A stretch of 63,342 nt of DNA, the filler included, from Nemertoderma westbladi (lineage: Eukaryota > Animalia > Xenacoelomorpha): NCBI GenBank assembly GCA_032718475.1. It is 3 parts of 3 records of this genome, joined end to end, with 100 filler letters (N's around TTAATTAATTAA, not from the genome) between each part and the next. Parts side by side here need not be neighbours in the genome. Positions count along the whole stretch, not along the records: positions 40,349 to 63,342 come from JAUCBJ010005268.1; 2 more parts are not named here. The stretch is one strand, 5' to 3'. Positions 40,249 to 53,126 of this stretch are shown one piece after another. A model generated the notes under the pieces. The model saw nothing but the letters and a program-made list of their open reading frames with translations. It was not told the origin of the DNA and made no database searches. The stretch's first letter is position 1. The number at the start of each line of letters is the position of its first letter. The position numbers were made by a program, and so were the translations under genes.

Positions 40249-40348
40249 NNNNNNNNNNNNNNNNNNNNNNNNNNNNNNNNNNNNNNNNNNNNTTAATTAA
40301 TTAANNNNNNNNNNNNNNNNNNNNNNNNNNNNNNNNNNNNNNNNNNNN
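40249..40348. other. Artificial contig spacer (44N-TTAATTAATTAA-44N)
   Basis: Same design as 23092-23191. Confidence 0.95.
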
Positions 40349-41410
40349 CACCGTCAGAAATTGCCTGATTTGCCCCCAGCTGTGAGAAGGCAACTAGCTA
40401 GCACAGACTTAGGTAGTACAGAACCCACAGACCAAATTATTAGAGTAGACAGACTCCCTACTATAGTAGATGAGCCTGAAATAATTAGGCCTGTTCTCGA
40501 AGCCACCCCTTTGGTGATAGAGACACCTGTACTCCCAGAACCTACCTCTAAATTCCCTTTGCACAGCACTAAACTACCTGTGCCCAGCAGAACAGCCCCT
40601 GAGACAGTTCCTGTCCTGGACTCCGAGCGAAATATCAACGATTTGTCGCCCGTTGTCCCTCGTCTACCCGCTACTATGTTGGCGGCCCCCGCTTCGGCGG
40701 TCGAGTGGGTGGATGAGGGACGGCGGGGGATGGATCTCCTGCTCGGGCAGATGCAGGAGACTGTTCAACAGTTCAATGGAACAGTAAGAGAAAGTAAGTT
40801 AGAATTACAGGAAGTGCAGCAGAGTATCGCGTTAGAACGCGATAAGTTAGTAAATCTACAAAAGGGTATACCAACACCCCCTGTAACAATGTCTAGGTCT
40901 GAAGTATTTCATGCGCAAGGTGTGGAGCCTACACGCATCTATACTGCTAGTGAAGTAGAAACTCCAATAGTAAACCCTATTAAGGGTAATTATAAACCTG
41001 TTGACAATGATATTCCATATAGACCTGATAATAATCCGAGAAATTTATATACCGATAACTCGATATTAAATAATACGATGGCCCAAGAAAGTTTTACGCG
41101 TCAAATGGCTAGAACCGAAGCCCGTCAAGCGGTAAAGGTGGGAGAGATCGTCAAGTTCAATGGAGATGAGATGAAATGGTTACCTTTTAATGAATATTAT
41201 AAAGATAACATACAGAACTCTGTGCTATCTAACGGAGAGAAACTTAGATTCCTCATCGAGTGCTTGGAAGGATCTCCCAAGTTAATGGTGTTAAAGTTTA
41301 TTGGACATCCAGATGGATTAAGACAAGTTTGGAATACACTAAACATCAGGTATGGTAATAGGAATAACATAGCTAGGTATTTGTATGCAAAATTGGTAGC
41401 GCCCCGAAAG
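40349..41410 (+). mobile_element. BEL/Pao LTR retrotransposon gag fragment (DUF1759-like)
   Basis: KFNGDEMKWLPF...LSNGEKLRFLIECLEGSPK...WNTLNIRYGN; similarity is lost at about 41410. Confidence 0.85.
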
Positions 41411-42224
41411 TTCATTAGCAGCGGGATTATAGAGTTTTCCGATGAGATTCAATTCATATCCTCTCATGAATTTGATAAATTGTCATTTTATACAATTTAT
41501 AATATTCCCAAAATTCCATTAATTAATAGATCATGGGAGCGGAGATTCACCCTATTAAATATAGTAGTGTGAGAGAATCTCCAATATATAGTCAATAGCC
41601 AATAAAATTCATAAAATCATGTATAAAGGGGAATATTGACAATTAAAGAATTACTATTAAATAGCATCCCAGATCTGTATGCATGCGAATTACCCTAATT
41701 CTACTGCTAGCTTTCCATAATGTCACCATAGCAACAACCACGCTAGAATTAGAAGGGAGTTAAAAGAACAATAGAAAGCTTGCCCCATTGAATAGCATAC
41801 GGAATAAATAGCACACTGCTAGTATCCAGGGATACATAATAATAACGTGGCATTCTGGAAGGCACTTGACTAACGGACAAATGGCCCGAATGTGTACAAT
41901 TTGTGACAGTTGTGTGGAATTTGTGCGTTTATAGGTGAATGTTACTACTAAAGTGTGTTTACAGTAGCGAGTCGCAGTTGTGAAAGTAGCCCTACCTCTG
42001 CAGTAAGAACCTGAAGTAAATCTAAGCCCTTGGGACGGATGGTGGAGTGACTCGCGCTGGTTGTTGTTGTCGTTGTGTAGCTACTACGTTGGCGAGAGAC
42101 ACAGTGGCGACAGTACATCAGCGCTGAGGAGCTTGCGCTGTCCGGGGGCATTGAGGGGGAGGCAGCGACGACCGCTAGCCTAAATTATAATTAATTATAA
42201 TATCGATAAACTCATATTGCAGCT

Positions 42225-44075
42225 ATGACTGAGTTGATAGAAGATGATCTTGGTATCGGGGAGCTATATACCCTACCATTGCAAGCATTTGTTGATAGTT
42301 TAATACGCGGCGACGCTAGTCAAACTACTACGGAGGACGATGGCCGTTATATCGAACCGCCAATGTAAAAGGAACAACTCACGCGTGAATTGGACTATAG
42401 AAAATTCACCGCTCGCTATACGCATCGTAATGGTATGTATATGGACTTCTTAACTACTGGTAATCCTATCGATTTACACGATACGGACGATATAGACACC
42501 GAAAGGGAAATGGTTCTATTTAAATATCATACCCAGCGGAGTCGGAACGATGAACTGAGAATCGAACACGAAAAATTCTATTCGAAATCGACTCGAAAGA
42601 GAAGACATTGAAAAACCGGATAAACGCAATGACTTCAACGTATATTTGGAATTCTTGAGAGAAACATTGTAAAACTGGAGAAAGATCACCCGCGTTTCCC
42701 CTACAAGACGTGCGTCTTTGGTATTATTACTATGAATGCCCTAGACCCAACCAACAAACGGAAAGACATAAACATCCGCGGAGACGTTGCGCTAAACACA
42801 GTTTTACTCGCTATACTTAGGGGAGTTTCGAGCGAAACTTGTTCGACGTATCACCTACGCTCGCTCGACTCAAAAGATCCTTAAATAAACCGATGATCAG
42901 AGTTCCGGAATACTCGGTCAGACCTCCTCATTCCCTGGTTAGACCTCAGACTCTTGATCCTAATAGTATCACGGATCCTCCCGAACTGTACTCACTGTTC
43001 AAAGATCTAGTGTTACCCGAACAATTAGTCGGTGGCACTCCGGTTGTGGGCTCCCTAGATATTCGCCCATCTTACCTAGCCGGATTGGGACGTGGACACC
43101 TAATATCGCCGTTCAACCCGTATAATCGTCCCAGTCTAACCCTGATACAACCTGTCACCGAGGTGGAGGAGAACGTTGTACGAAACGCGCTAGACGCTAT
43201 TTGACAAAAGATCGGAAAACGAACTTACGATTGTTTAGATAAACGTAAATTGCAGCGGCAAGTCCAAGCGGTAAAATAATTAGCTTTACCCCAGTTTGAT
43301 CGGGAAATCCAGAATCTCGAGGAAGACATCGAACTTGGACGAATCTACTCTCTGCAAGAGTTTTTGGACGAACGCTTCCAATGACCAGCGGAGGAAAATC
43401 AGCTCGAGGAGAAGCATATCGAAATGGACGAGAGAGAAGAAGCAGCTTTAGCCCAGCCAGAAGCTCAAATCCTTATGACCGATCTCTATTCCAAAACCAT
43501 TATTCATCCTTCAATGGTTCCCCATTTCGGAGACAAACTCTTCCCCACAGTACAACCCCAACCGGTTGATATCAACCTAAGATCTCGAAATCTTATCGCT
43601 GACGCTCCTATGTTACAACGTCCGCCAATCGAGGCCACTCGAGTCGACGGTATACTCGTTGACCCTCCGGACAATCGAGCGGATCTTGTCCGTCGTATGG
43701 TACACGAGGTCAACCTACGCGCTAGACCTTTACCGACCTTATGGGATCAAAGACCACCCTTATTATTTCTCACTACTAAATTTCTCACTACTCATGGTCC
43801 ACCTACCGCTCTTGTGCAAACGACCCGTCAGGGACCAGTAAGGGCTGCTGTCTTGAAACACGCTCTGAAGGTTGTTCGACCTCGCTCCACTGAGGTTGAT
43901 ATCGATCAACCGGGTACCTCGACCAGCGGATACACCGACCGTAACCCTAAACCTTCCGATGCAATTGTATTGCACCCTTCACCCAGGAGTTATAGCCCTC
44001 CTAGTAAAGTGGCTCGCCCCAAAGGACTCTTGCTAGCCTCAAAAAACTGTGTAAACGCCGTTCGTGTAAGAAGGA
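42225..44075 (+). pseudogene. Decayed ~600-codon intronless ORF of unknown family
   Basis: ORFs 42390, 42839 and 43424 link up through isolated stops and a frameshift; coding-like composition; no recognisable motif. Confidence 0.55.
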
Positions 44076-45354
44076 CTAACTGTTTAGAGTATTTTTATAT
44101 TTTAAAAACTGTGATTTTTTATATTTTATAGAATTAAATCCCATTTTCTGGGAGCGGTGTAAAAGCTTTTGCGGATATAACAGGTCATTTTTCTCTGCAA
44201 TATACTGTGTAGGTGTTTTAGCGGACATAACAAGCCATTTTCTCCGTAATGTACCGTGAAGGTGTTTTAGCGGACATAACAAGCCATTTTCTGCCGCAAT
44301 GCGCCTAATACTCTAAAAGACTGGAACTCAGATGACGAAATCTGTCAGCTGATTTACTTTAAATGTGGAACCTCTCTTTGTTCTGCTCAGCCAATCAGAG
44401 CGATTTTCATTTTATGTTGGACAAGGGCCTATGTAAAACTGCGCAATGCATTACGGTCTTTGTTTACCTTTTCTAAGCCTCGGAACACCGGCTTAGAATT
44501 CTTCTGTGCTTCTGTAGAAGTTTCAGACTTTGGCCAAACATTAGATGGCTTTGATTACAAGAACGTAAATCTATTATCTGATGAACCTACTGGACTGACT
44601 GCAGTACTACCGATACTGTGCTTCTTTCACCGCATTATTTTACTTCTGTTTACTGTCTGTTATTAATTGTTGTATATTGATGGATATGTTGTTATATTTG
44701 GAGAATACCGATAAATAACCATAAAACCCCCAATCTTCTTGATTACTGAAGGTAAGAGGGACCGGTTACCTGTAGCAATTGCGACTTACATTATAGTGGT
44801 TTTTGTGTGAATTAAATGCTATTTCATAATCCCTACATGTGTCAGTTGTTATCCTCCTTATATATGATCAAATTCAGTGACGGTCGGCAGATCAGTGCGA
44901 AGTAGTGTGAAGTCGTGTGCAGTAGTGTGACAGATAATAAAGCATCTCCTAAAGAATGCGCTATTTACGAAACTCAGTGGCCATCTCGTTGTGTTTAGTA
45001 TAAGTCATAACTCTGTTTTTATACTTAAAGCGCCACGTCCAAAGGAACTGTTAATATTTCCCCGAAAGTGAATAATATTGTCAGAGATTATATAGTAACG
45101 ATCAATCGAATAATACAGTAGGTCTGCACCGCAATCACTTCAAAGCACCCGAATCCAGTCTCCCTTAACAGTGGGTGAATGATCGGGCATGATGATCGCG
45201 CTTCGGCTAATGTTACTTCATGTGCACTAAATACTTGTTATAGGCTAAAGTCGATTTATAAACAAGAGGACACCTAAAATTAGCAGGTTAAACTGCTAAA
45301 GGTCTGAAAGCGCGAACAGATGCCCTAAAATCGGCTTGCGGCGGACTGAATTTT

Positions 45355-45975
45355 TTTAAACCTGTTAAACCCGGGGGGGGGGGGGGTCAATATGACCCCC
45401 CCGTGGTTTTTTTATTATAATTCTGAAACAAACGCAGTTGGGAATCTGCAATTTTATGACTTTTCCTAAAAATCTATTGTCTTCCTAGTAGTGAAAACCG
45501 TTTTCAAAAATATTTGGTACTTTTCGAGTTATAGCACCATTTTTTAACCCTACTTTTGGCACTTTTTTTGAGACGTTTTTTGAAAATTACATTTCATTAA
45601 ATATGAATTGTAACATCTCTATTTTTGATTTACACCGGTTTTTTGGTGTTAGAAATTGGATGGAATTCATATAAATTTATTTAGAAATTTCAAACTTGTT
45701 TTTTTTGGTGGGTTCCAAATTTTGGTGCCAGCCTTGTATTTTTCGGATGTGTGTGCAAAATGTGGTGCTAGCACCAAATTTTGAAAACCATCAAATATAT
45801 CAATTGATTGTGTCACCTTGTTTCTTGCGTTATACGGGTTTGTGATGGTTCTGAATTCAATGGAATCAGTAAAAATTTCATAAGAGTTCTCAAACTTGTA
45901 TTTTTCGCCAGTGGTGAAAATTGTTGTGCCAGCACCAAATTTTGGAAAATATGTAAATTGATAAGTAGATAGTAT
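45355..45975. mobile_element. Probable partial MITE (TTAA..CCC-Gn-GTCAATATGACCCCCC type end)
   Basis: Terminal G-run/hairpin motif typical of non-autonomous DNA elements; abuts the BEL pol fragment; second end not found. Confidence 0.35.
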
Positions 45976-45977
45976 CA

Positions 45978-46760
45978 CCTTATGATTCGTGCCTCTATGT
46001 AGTATCGATTTATGCGAGTCCCAAATGATCTGGTGGACTATTGGTGATTTGTTAGGAATTATTATGGGTTTTGGTGGGATAACTAAGCTGTTGTTGTTCA
46101 CCACTCTGGAATTCATAACGAGAATCCCGTCGTCGTTCAACTGCGGGGACAGCATGTTGAGCTTGCTGTCTCGACAAAGGTGTTGTTGCTTGCTAACTCT
46201 ATCCACTTCGTCGGCGTAGTTCTTTCTCTGCTCATATCATATTATGGCTTTAGCCGCTCCTTCCAGATCGATGCTTGGTTTCCTTTTGGCATCCTTGCCC
46301 ACTCCCCTAAGGAAATCCCCGTAGGCCCTCCAATACGCTACCAACTTCTTAGTCTTATACCAGCTGGAGCTGTAGCTGAGCAACCTATCCGTCAGGTTGT
46401 CGCATTGTTCTTCTGATTTTGGTGGCACCTCCTTGACCTCTCTCACCATCTGGCTGTATATCTCTTCCCCTTCTGAATCCTCCCCCTCTTCTCCTGGTGC
46501 TACTTCCTCTGAGCCCGGGTCCACCTTCCTCATTGGTGGCCAGGCTGATCTATCGTTCAGGAAGTGTGGCCTGTGTTGCCACAACCCTTCCTTCTTTGAG
46601 AAAGTGTGGCGTGCCACGCCCCTTGGTAACAAATCTGCTGGGTTGTTGTCGGTAGGACAGTAATGCCACCTTTATAGGTCAGTCGTCGCCCTTATCTCGT
46701 CTACCCTATTCGCGACGAATATGGGGTATCTCGTCTTCTCATTATGTCTTTATGCAATTG
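45978..46760 (-). mobile_element. BEL/Pao pol fragment (RNase H end to integrase Zn-binding start), decayed
   Basis: FVANRVDEI...W HYCPTDNNPADLLPRG...SSWYK...LNDDGILV..SRV...PIIIP...SHKSILHRG with in-frame stops. Confidence 0.9.
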
Positions 46761-47329
46761 ACATTTGTATCCTGGGTTGTAACGTTCCTTATATAGCCCT
46801 ATGCGTATTGCGTATGCGTATTGCATATGCGTATTACATATGCGTAAATATTCCAAAGACTGTTTTTCTGAACTTGTTGTTCCTTGTTAGTGTGATAATA
46901 GGCCCTGCCCTACAAGAACAAGACTCAGTCTGGGACACTACCACAACACTGCCATGTAAATCCAATCGCTGTCCATCCACAAAGTCAAGCAAGCTCCATC
47001 CACTGCCCTGTCAATCACATCGCGGCTTGGCCATTAACAAAAGCCAGTCCTTGGCGGGAATCTGAGTTCAAAGGCATGCCGCAGATGAGCGATGTAAACT
47101 GTTACCTTGAAATCATTTCAGTGTCATTTCAGGGTAAAGGATCACAAACTGTAAATAATATATTATATCATATTGCATCACATTCCCCTGGCAATCATCT
47201 TCCACTACTGTATCCAGAAGGTTTAATATTTCCTCATCAATTCTAGATGATGAGGTCTGATGGCACTGTTGTAGGGGCTATACCATCTTTTATGTATGGT
47301 CTACCATTCAATTCCCCAAATTATAAGTT

Positions 47330-47900
47330 TGCCTCTATGCGTGAACATATGCACATTGGGATGTTTGATGAATGACTATTCTCATCAAAGGATCCTTCAT
47401 ATGCATTATTGGTTTAATGTATATATGAATTCAGTCTTGAACCATAACTCAGCTCAGCTTGTCCTCAAAAAGGGATTTGAGCAAGTATGTGATGGCGAGG
47501 AACATCTCCCATGTGGTGTATCAGATACCATTTTATGCTTTGATGAGCTAGAATCCAGCCATTGTGTTCGAGAACTCTGTGCATTATTAAGATATGGCTA
47601 TTGGAACTATTTCTTTACAGCTACATGCAATAATGCATTTACTCCTGGAATTGCCCCAGTATTTAAGGCAGTCAGAGGTCTTTATGACCTTCTTGACTAT
47701 AAAGATGTAGCAAGAGCTATGGAGAAATATGTTACATTATTTACACGTTGTTGGAATCGTGTTGCTAACCATCTTCATTATTGCATTGTAAATGGTATTG
47801 ATAAAGCTTTTGGCAATGTAAAATATATATAGCAGCGCATGTAAGCACAAGACCAAGGTTCCCCTGTTGCCAACATGCTCCATATACATGGAGCTATACT
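47330..47900 (+). mobile_element. Helitron/Helentron-type HUH Rep fragment, decayed
   Basis: YFFTATCN (motif 1), then FGNVKYI*QRM*AQDQG...LHIHGAI (HUH motif 2) read through stops. Confidence 0.7.
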
Positions 47901-47904
47901 GTTA

Positions 47905-48155
47905 CCTATAAGGTAGGGAGGGCGCCACACTAACTCCCAAGGGTGAACAATCCATAACTATCCACCTCTTGCTTTACTCCCCCAGCAGAAGCCAGGTTCC
48001 CATTGTACCGCTGGGTTTGCGTAAGCACTAATTTCTAAAGTGTCTTGCTTAGGGACACAACAGTGCCAAATTTATACAGCCTGTAGTCGGATTCGAACCC
48101 GCGCGCCAATCGCTAATGTTAAGGCAGTTCAGGCGCTGTATGCACTCGGACACTG
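47905..48155 (-). mobile_element. tRNA-derived SINE
   Basis: Minus strand has an A-box-like GTGTCCGAGTG, B-box GGTTCGAATCC, then TGTGTCCCTAAGCAAGACACTTTA and CCAGCGGTACAATGGG, resembling conserved central SINE domains. Confidence 0.75.
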
Positions 48156-48159
48156 GGAC

Positions 48160-48500
48160 ACTATGAATAATAGCACCATATGGTTCACAACTATGAATAA
48201 CAGCACCATATGGTCCATAACTATGAGTAATAGCACCATATGGTTCACAACTATGAATAACGGCACCATATGGTTCACAACTATGAATAATGGCACCATA
48301 TGGTCCATAACTATGAATAATAGCACCATATGGTTCACAACTATGAATAATAGCACCATATGGTTCACAACTATGAATAACAGCACCATATGGTCCACTC
48401 CACAACTATAATAACAGCACCATATGGTCCATAACTGTGAATGTTTAGTACCATATGGTCCATAACATTTAAAAGCAGCACCATACAGTATGGTCCACAA
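48160..48500. repeat. 30-bp minisatellite (ACTATGAATAATAGCACCATATGGTTCACA) with internal palindrome ACCATATGGT
   Basis: About 8 good and 3 degenerate copies. Confidence 0.93.
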
Positions 48501-49692
48501 ATACATATAAATAACAGGAGGCATATTCCATCTTTCTGTCAGGTCTGGCTGTCTGTCTGTCTGGCTGGTTTGTTGTCGGTTTGTTATGCTGGCAAACCCG
48601 CAGACCGTCGCCTGTCTGAGTATCTGTTTGGCTGGCAGACTGGCATCTGTTTGGCTGATAGGTCTATCTGCCTGTCGGCTCTGGATGGCTATCTCTCTAT
48701 CTGTTTGACCTAACTGGCTGTCTGGTGTGTATGTCTATATCAATGGCCTGTTCGGTTTGACTGTCAATCTGTCTGTCAGCAACGTTTGGCTATATACCTG
48801 TCTCTCTGGTCAAGTTGGCTACCGTCTCGTCTGGCTGTCTGTCTGTTTTTGCCTGGTCTAGATCGTTGCCTGCAACAATATTGCCACATTATGGACAATG
48901 TGGACGGTACGGTAGAGAATTCGGTACAGTATGAGATATCCGTCTTTTGCGTTTACTACCTGGACAACTGAGTAATAGCTGAGAATAGGGACAACAATTT
49001 GGAAGTTGCTGTCGGTATTCTACATCCAGACAAACAGCAAAACAGATATTATACTAGCCAATGGCTAGTAGCCATTAGCCAACCAGACCAGACAGGCAGT
49101 CCTGACTGACTGACAGTCATACCAGACAGTAGGGATGCAACAGAGCTCCGGCTCCGGAAATCTGGAGCTCCGGCTCAATTTTCTAGCTCTGGTTCCGGCT
49201 ACGGGCAAATCCATCCGGAGCCAATCCGGAGCTTCTGTTGTTAAAATTTAAATTAAAATAATTAGTTTTTTAATTAGTATAAAAAACACAAGGGTCATAA
49301 ACGCTGAATAGTGCCCTTTTCACACAATGGTGTCTGTAATTTTGTTACATTATGTCAACTTATCGGCGTTCTGGAAGATTAATTAGACCGTTAGGGCTTA
49401 TTGCTTCCAAAAAAAAACGTCTGTTTGTGTGTGTGTTAGTTCGTGTGTTTGTTTGTTTTGGTGTTTGTCGTTATGTTTAGTTCGGAAGTCATCAATCAAA
49501 TGTAAATTCCATCAACAAGCTGTCATTGGTGTTATTTTACCATTGCGCCTATGGTGTTTTTTTCGTTTATCTCTATTTTTCGAGCCCAGAGGCTATGGAC
49601 GGAGTAGCCGATCATGCCAGGGACCTTAGAATCGCGGTATCTAGATGCTGTGAAAATTTCATCAAAATCGTTAGAGTAGTTTTGGCTGTAGA

Positions 49693-49770
49693 TCAGTCAG
49701 TCAGTCAGCCAGCCAGCCAGCCAGTCAGTCAGCCAGCCAGCCAGGCAGTCAGCCAGCCAGCCAGTCAGTC
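49693..49770. repeat. (CAGT/CAGC)n microsatellite
   Basis: Tetranucleotide repeat. Confidence 0.9.
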
Positions 49771-50119
49771 AACAATTCTTACAGTAATCAAGTCTAACGA
49801 CTTGCTAATTATTCTATCAGTGTTTGGGGGGGGGGGGTGTCTGTATGGTCTTTGGGTTGTTATTTACTGCTGTATTCATACCATTATATAACATATCTAT
49901 TATTAGACTGTGCAATACAGTCATTATGGATTTATTTGTTATGCAGGTTAGATATAGTAGTTCACTATTTGGTCACTATTCTCATTTGGGTTCATTCTTA
50001 TTTTGGTTTCATGTATTTTATTTAGGCTTTAGTGGTATCAGTTTTTGGGTTTCATATATTTACTACCGGTCTGATTTGTTTATTTCTCTATTTCAGTATT
50101 TGGTTTCATTTCCTGTATT

Positions 50120-50570
50120 ATATTGGTCAATTGGTACAATACCAGTATTGCACCCCACCTCTTGTCGTATGTACGTCCCACCTTTACTCGTATTGGTACG
50201 AATAAGTCTACTCCACTATTTGTAACGTATGAAGTTAGTTGTTCTTCTGGCAGTGGTGCCATTATTTGTTCTACTCTTCCCCTCCTTATGTATCTGCATG
50301 TTACACATTTGTAAATAATAGTTCTTTATTTTGTGTCATAACGATTGTATCCAATAATTACGTCTTACTTCCACAATTGTTGCCTCTGTTCCTCCATGTT
50401 GTACCTTTATATGCGCTTCCACAACAATTTTAATCACCAATTCGGATTTCCTTGGTATTATTGCTGGATATGTAACTCCTAGTCCTTGTGGTGCATTATT
50501 TATTCGCATTCCCAGACATATTATGCCATGTTTTATTATAGGGCATAATGTTGATAAACAACTGTCTTTC
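50120..50570 (-). mobile_element. BEL/Pao integrase fragment, decayed
   Basis: PAIIP...AHIKVQHGGTEAT...RRNYWI, then MAPLP...SGVDLFVPIRVKVGR..KRWGAI. Confidence 0.85.
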
Positions 50571-50659
50571 CCTAATTGGACTACTACTATTGAGTTTAAT
50601 CCCAACCCAACTGAAGTACATGAGGGTGAGTATCAGTAATCATTGCCACTAGTATATTT

Positions 50660-52052
50660 TCAGGATGTGGGGCGAGCGACGAAAGTAAGCAAGCTTAGCA
50701 TACAGGTACAACTAACTCAATCGGTGTGTCTGTTGATCTGTCGATCTGTTGTTCTGTCGTGTCCAATTTTACACGTTAATAACTCAGCCAAATCTCGATA
50801 AAATATATCCAAACTTGGTACATATGTAGTCTGGCAAAAGTTTAGAAATTTTCCAAGTTGAATTTGCATGGGGTCTTCGTGCAGCATCTGTGTAACTGTC
50901 TTACAGTTATAATAAATTAATCTACCCAAAAAATATTAGGCTTGGCATCACCTGGATGCTAGGAGACTACAGGTTCAAAATTATCGTAGGCTGACTGCTG
51001 ATTATGGTACCTAAAACTGTACCTAAGCTCAGAAGCTATATACTGTTGTTGGGCTTTGGAATAATCCATTCAGCCTTTTATTTTAACATTGAATCCCCTT
51101 ATTTATTATAAAACCATCGGAAATATCCACAAATGCCGCTCCATTACTGTTCATTGAATCCCCTTATTTATTATAAAACCATCGGAAATATCCACAAATG
51201 CCGCTCCATTACTGTTTGAAACGCTTCCGACAGTCCGATGTATCTGGACCCGAGCAGCGGAGTGGCATCAAGATGCAATTAACTGAGGAATAAATACTAC
51301 GGAATTGCTTGCTTTGTCAGTAAGATTATATTTACTACACTGGGAATACGGCGGTCGGTCAGATCTTAATGCAGGCCACTGCCAAGTTCCTCATGCCTCG
51401 CTCAGGCCACCCACCTTGGGAGTGCGGTGGGAAGAGTCCGACTTACGTCGATGACTGGACGAATCGACGATGATTGCGATTTGGGTTTAGTGGCGGACTG
51501 GACAGCCGGATCCTGGGATTGCCTGGGGGAAATTGTTGAAAGTCGGGCAGACGTGTATCGCACCCGATTACGTTCTCTGCCATGCGAAAGTGTGAGGCGA
51601 ATTCATTGTCAAATTGGGTTGGAAGCTGCGGGAATTCTACTGTTCTACGGGAATAAACCGCAGCTGTCCGGTGACTACGGACGGATAGGCCTACTGGGAT
51701 GAGCAGGTATTTCAATCGAGTTTCTCGTATTTTCGATTTTCTCGAATTCACCATATTTCCTATAAACCACATGGCTTCGCATATTGAACATGTGATTGGA
51801 AATAAGTTTGTACTACCCTTCCGCGCCTTGGGTGGTAGATGTCGCGGTTATGTATTGGTTGGTAGGAAGGGGGGGGGGGGGGGGGGGGGGGGGGTGCAGA
51901 TTAAAAGGGCTGAACACGTACTGTCCCCCTTTCTTTGATTGATTGTCGGTATGGTTAAATTTATCAAATACTGATTTTGTGATCCAGTTGCTCAATTTTA
52001 ATTTGTATCTCATAACTGGGCCTCGTCCTGCACGAAGGCCCCACGAACGTGT
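50660..52052 (+). mobile_element. Second DINE-1/HINE-like element sharing termini with 17422-18993
   Basis: Starts GTGGGGCGAGCGACGAA (50667), has a degenerate (TCTG) tract, and ends CACGAAGGCCCCACGAACGTG (52031-52051). Confidence 0.55.
51087..51216. repeat. 65-bp tandem duplication
   Basis: Two exact copies starting at 51087 and 51152. Confidence 0.92.
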
Positions 52053-52615
52053 AGGAAATACGCATTACGTTCCAATACATTGTCAACAACAGATCAAAGC
52101 TGTGGATTGAGACATCGACTGTAAGAAATTATGGAAAAGTAGTTGCTTGCACCATCAGTAACATGCCAGTTCTCTCGAATTTGAAACCACCAAGGGACAT
52201 ATACGCGAACAATACACTCAACCATGGTAGTTAAGATATAGCTTGGATGTTCTTGACTAATATAAAATCGATGCAGGCGACTTGCCAATGTCAACCAACG
52301 AGAATGTGCTTGCTTGCCAGGTTGAATGCGAGCCAATGAGATATCACAATTGCAGGAAACAACAGCCTTGGCTATTTGATATAAATACTTCTGGTACCAG
52401 CTCAATTGATTTACAATGTCTAGTGAGGCTTCCTTAAAGTTGATGGACTGAATTTGATTATTTTTCGAAACATTGAGTAAAGGCAAATCACCAGAAATTT
52501 GTTTGCCAATATCACCTCTGAATTCATTAGGTCCACTTGTAGTACCATCAACAGCAATAAAAATATGTCTAAGTGGTAGCTCATTTGCATGTAGTAAGCA
52601 AATAACAACGCAGTA
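52053..52615 (-). mobile_element. hAT-like DDE transposase fragment
   Basis: ICLLHANELPLRH (CxxH), DGTTSGP, QKYLY, PG...HSRWLTLASR, YVPWWFQIR, NAYF. Confidence 0.75.
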
Positions 52616-53016
52616 TGCTGTAATGGTATAGATCATAGATTTACAGGACAGGTCAGCAGGTTCCATGGTAGGCCTACCTACAGGGCTACCGCTGCCTGTA
52701 CAGTATGTCTTATTATGACAAATGATCAATTTGATACTCAAATGATGGTATGCTTGAGCATGTGGACGACTGGTCCACAGTTTAATTTGCTTACATTTAC
52801 TGGAGCCACTGCTTATTATAATAAAACGAGCTAAGTAAGTTATTGTATCATGCTGGGGATATACATTCACTAAGTACAGTAAGGTCTCAGGAATTCTTAG
52901 CCCGCCAGTATTCTTAGCCCGTGGGTATTCTTAGCCCGCTAAACAATAACGTTTATTGTTTTGGTTCCCCCATTACTCTTCTGAAACCTGCTCCTTTACT
53001 AACCTGCTCCTTTACT

Positions 53017-53126
53017 GTCTGCACCACTGTCTGAACCAGTATCTGCACCAGTGTCTGCACCACTATCTGCACTAGTGTCTGCACCACTGTCTGCACCAGT
53101 GTCTGTACCACTGTCTGCACCACTGT
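53017..53126. repeat. 12-bp tandem repeat (TCTGCACCACTG)
   Basis: About 9 copies. Confidence 0.9.

Noticed and set aside
45667-46206. 179-aa ORF as a gene
   Set aside because: Chimera of a BEL pol remnant reading into adjacent non-coding repeat.
48040-48155. tRNA gene
   Set aside because: A and B boxes are present, but no convincing cloverleaf, and a SINE body follows.
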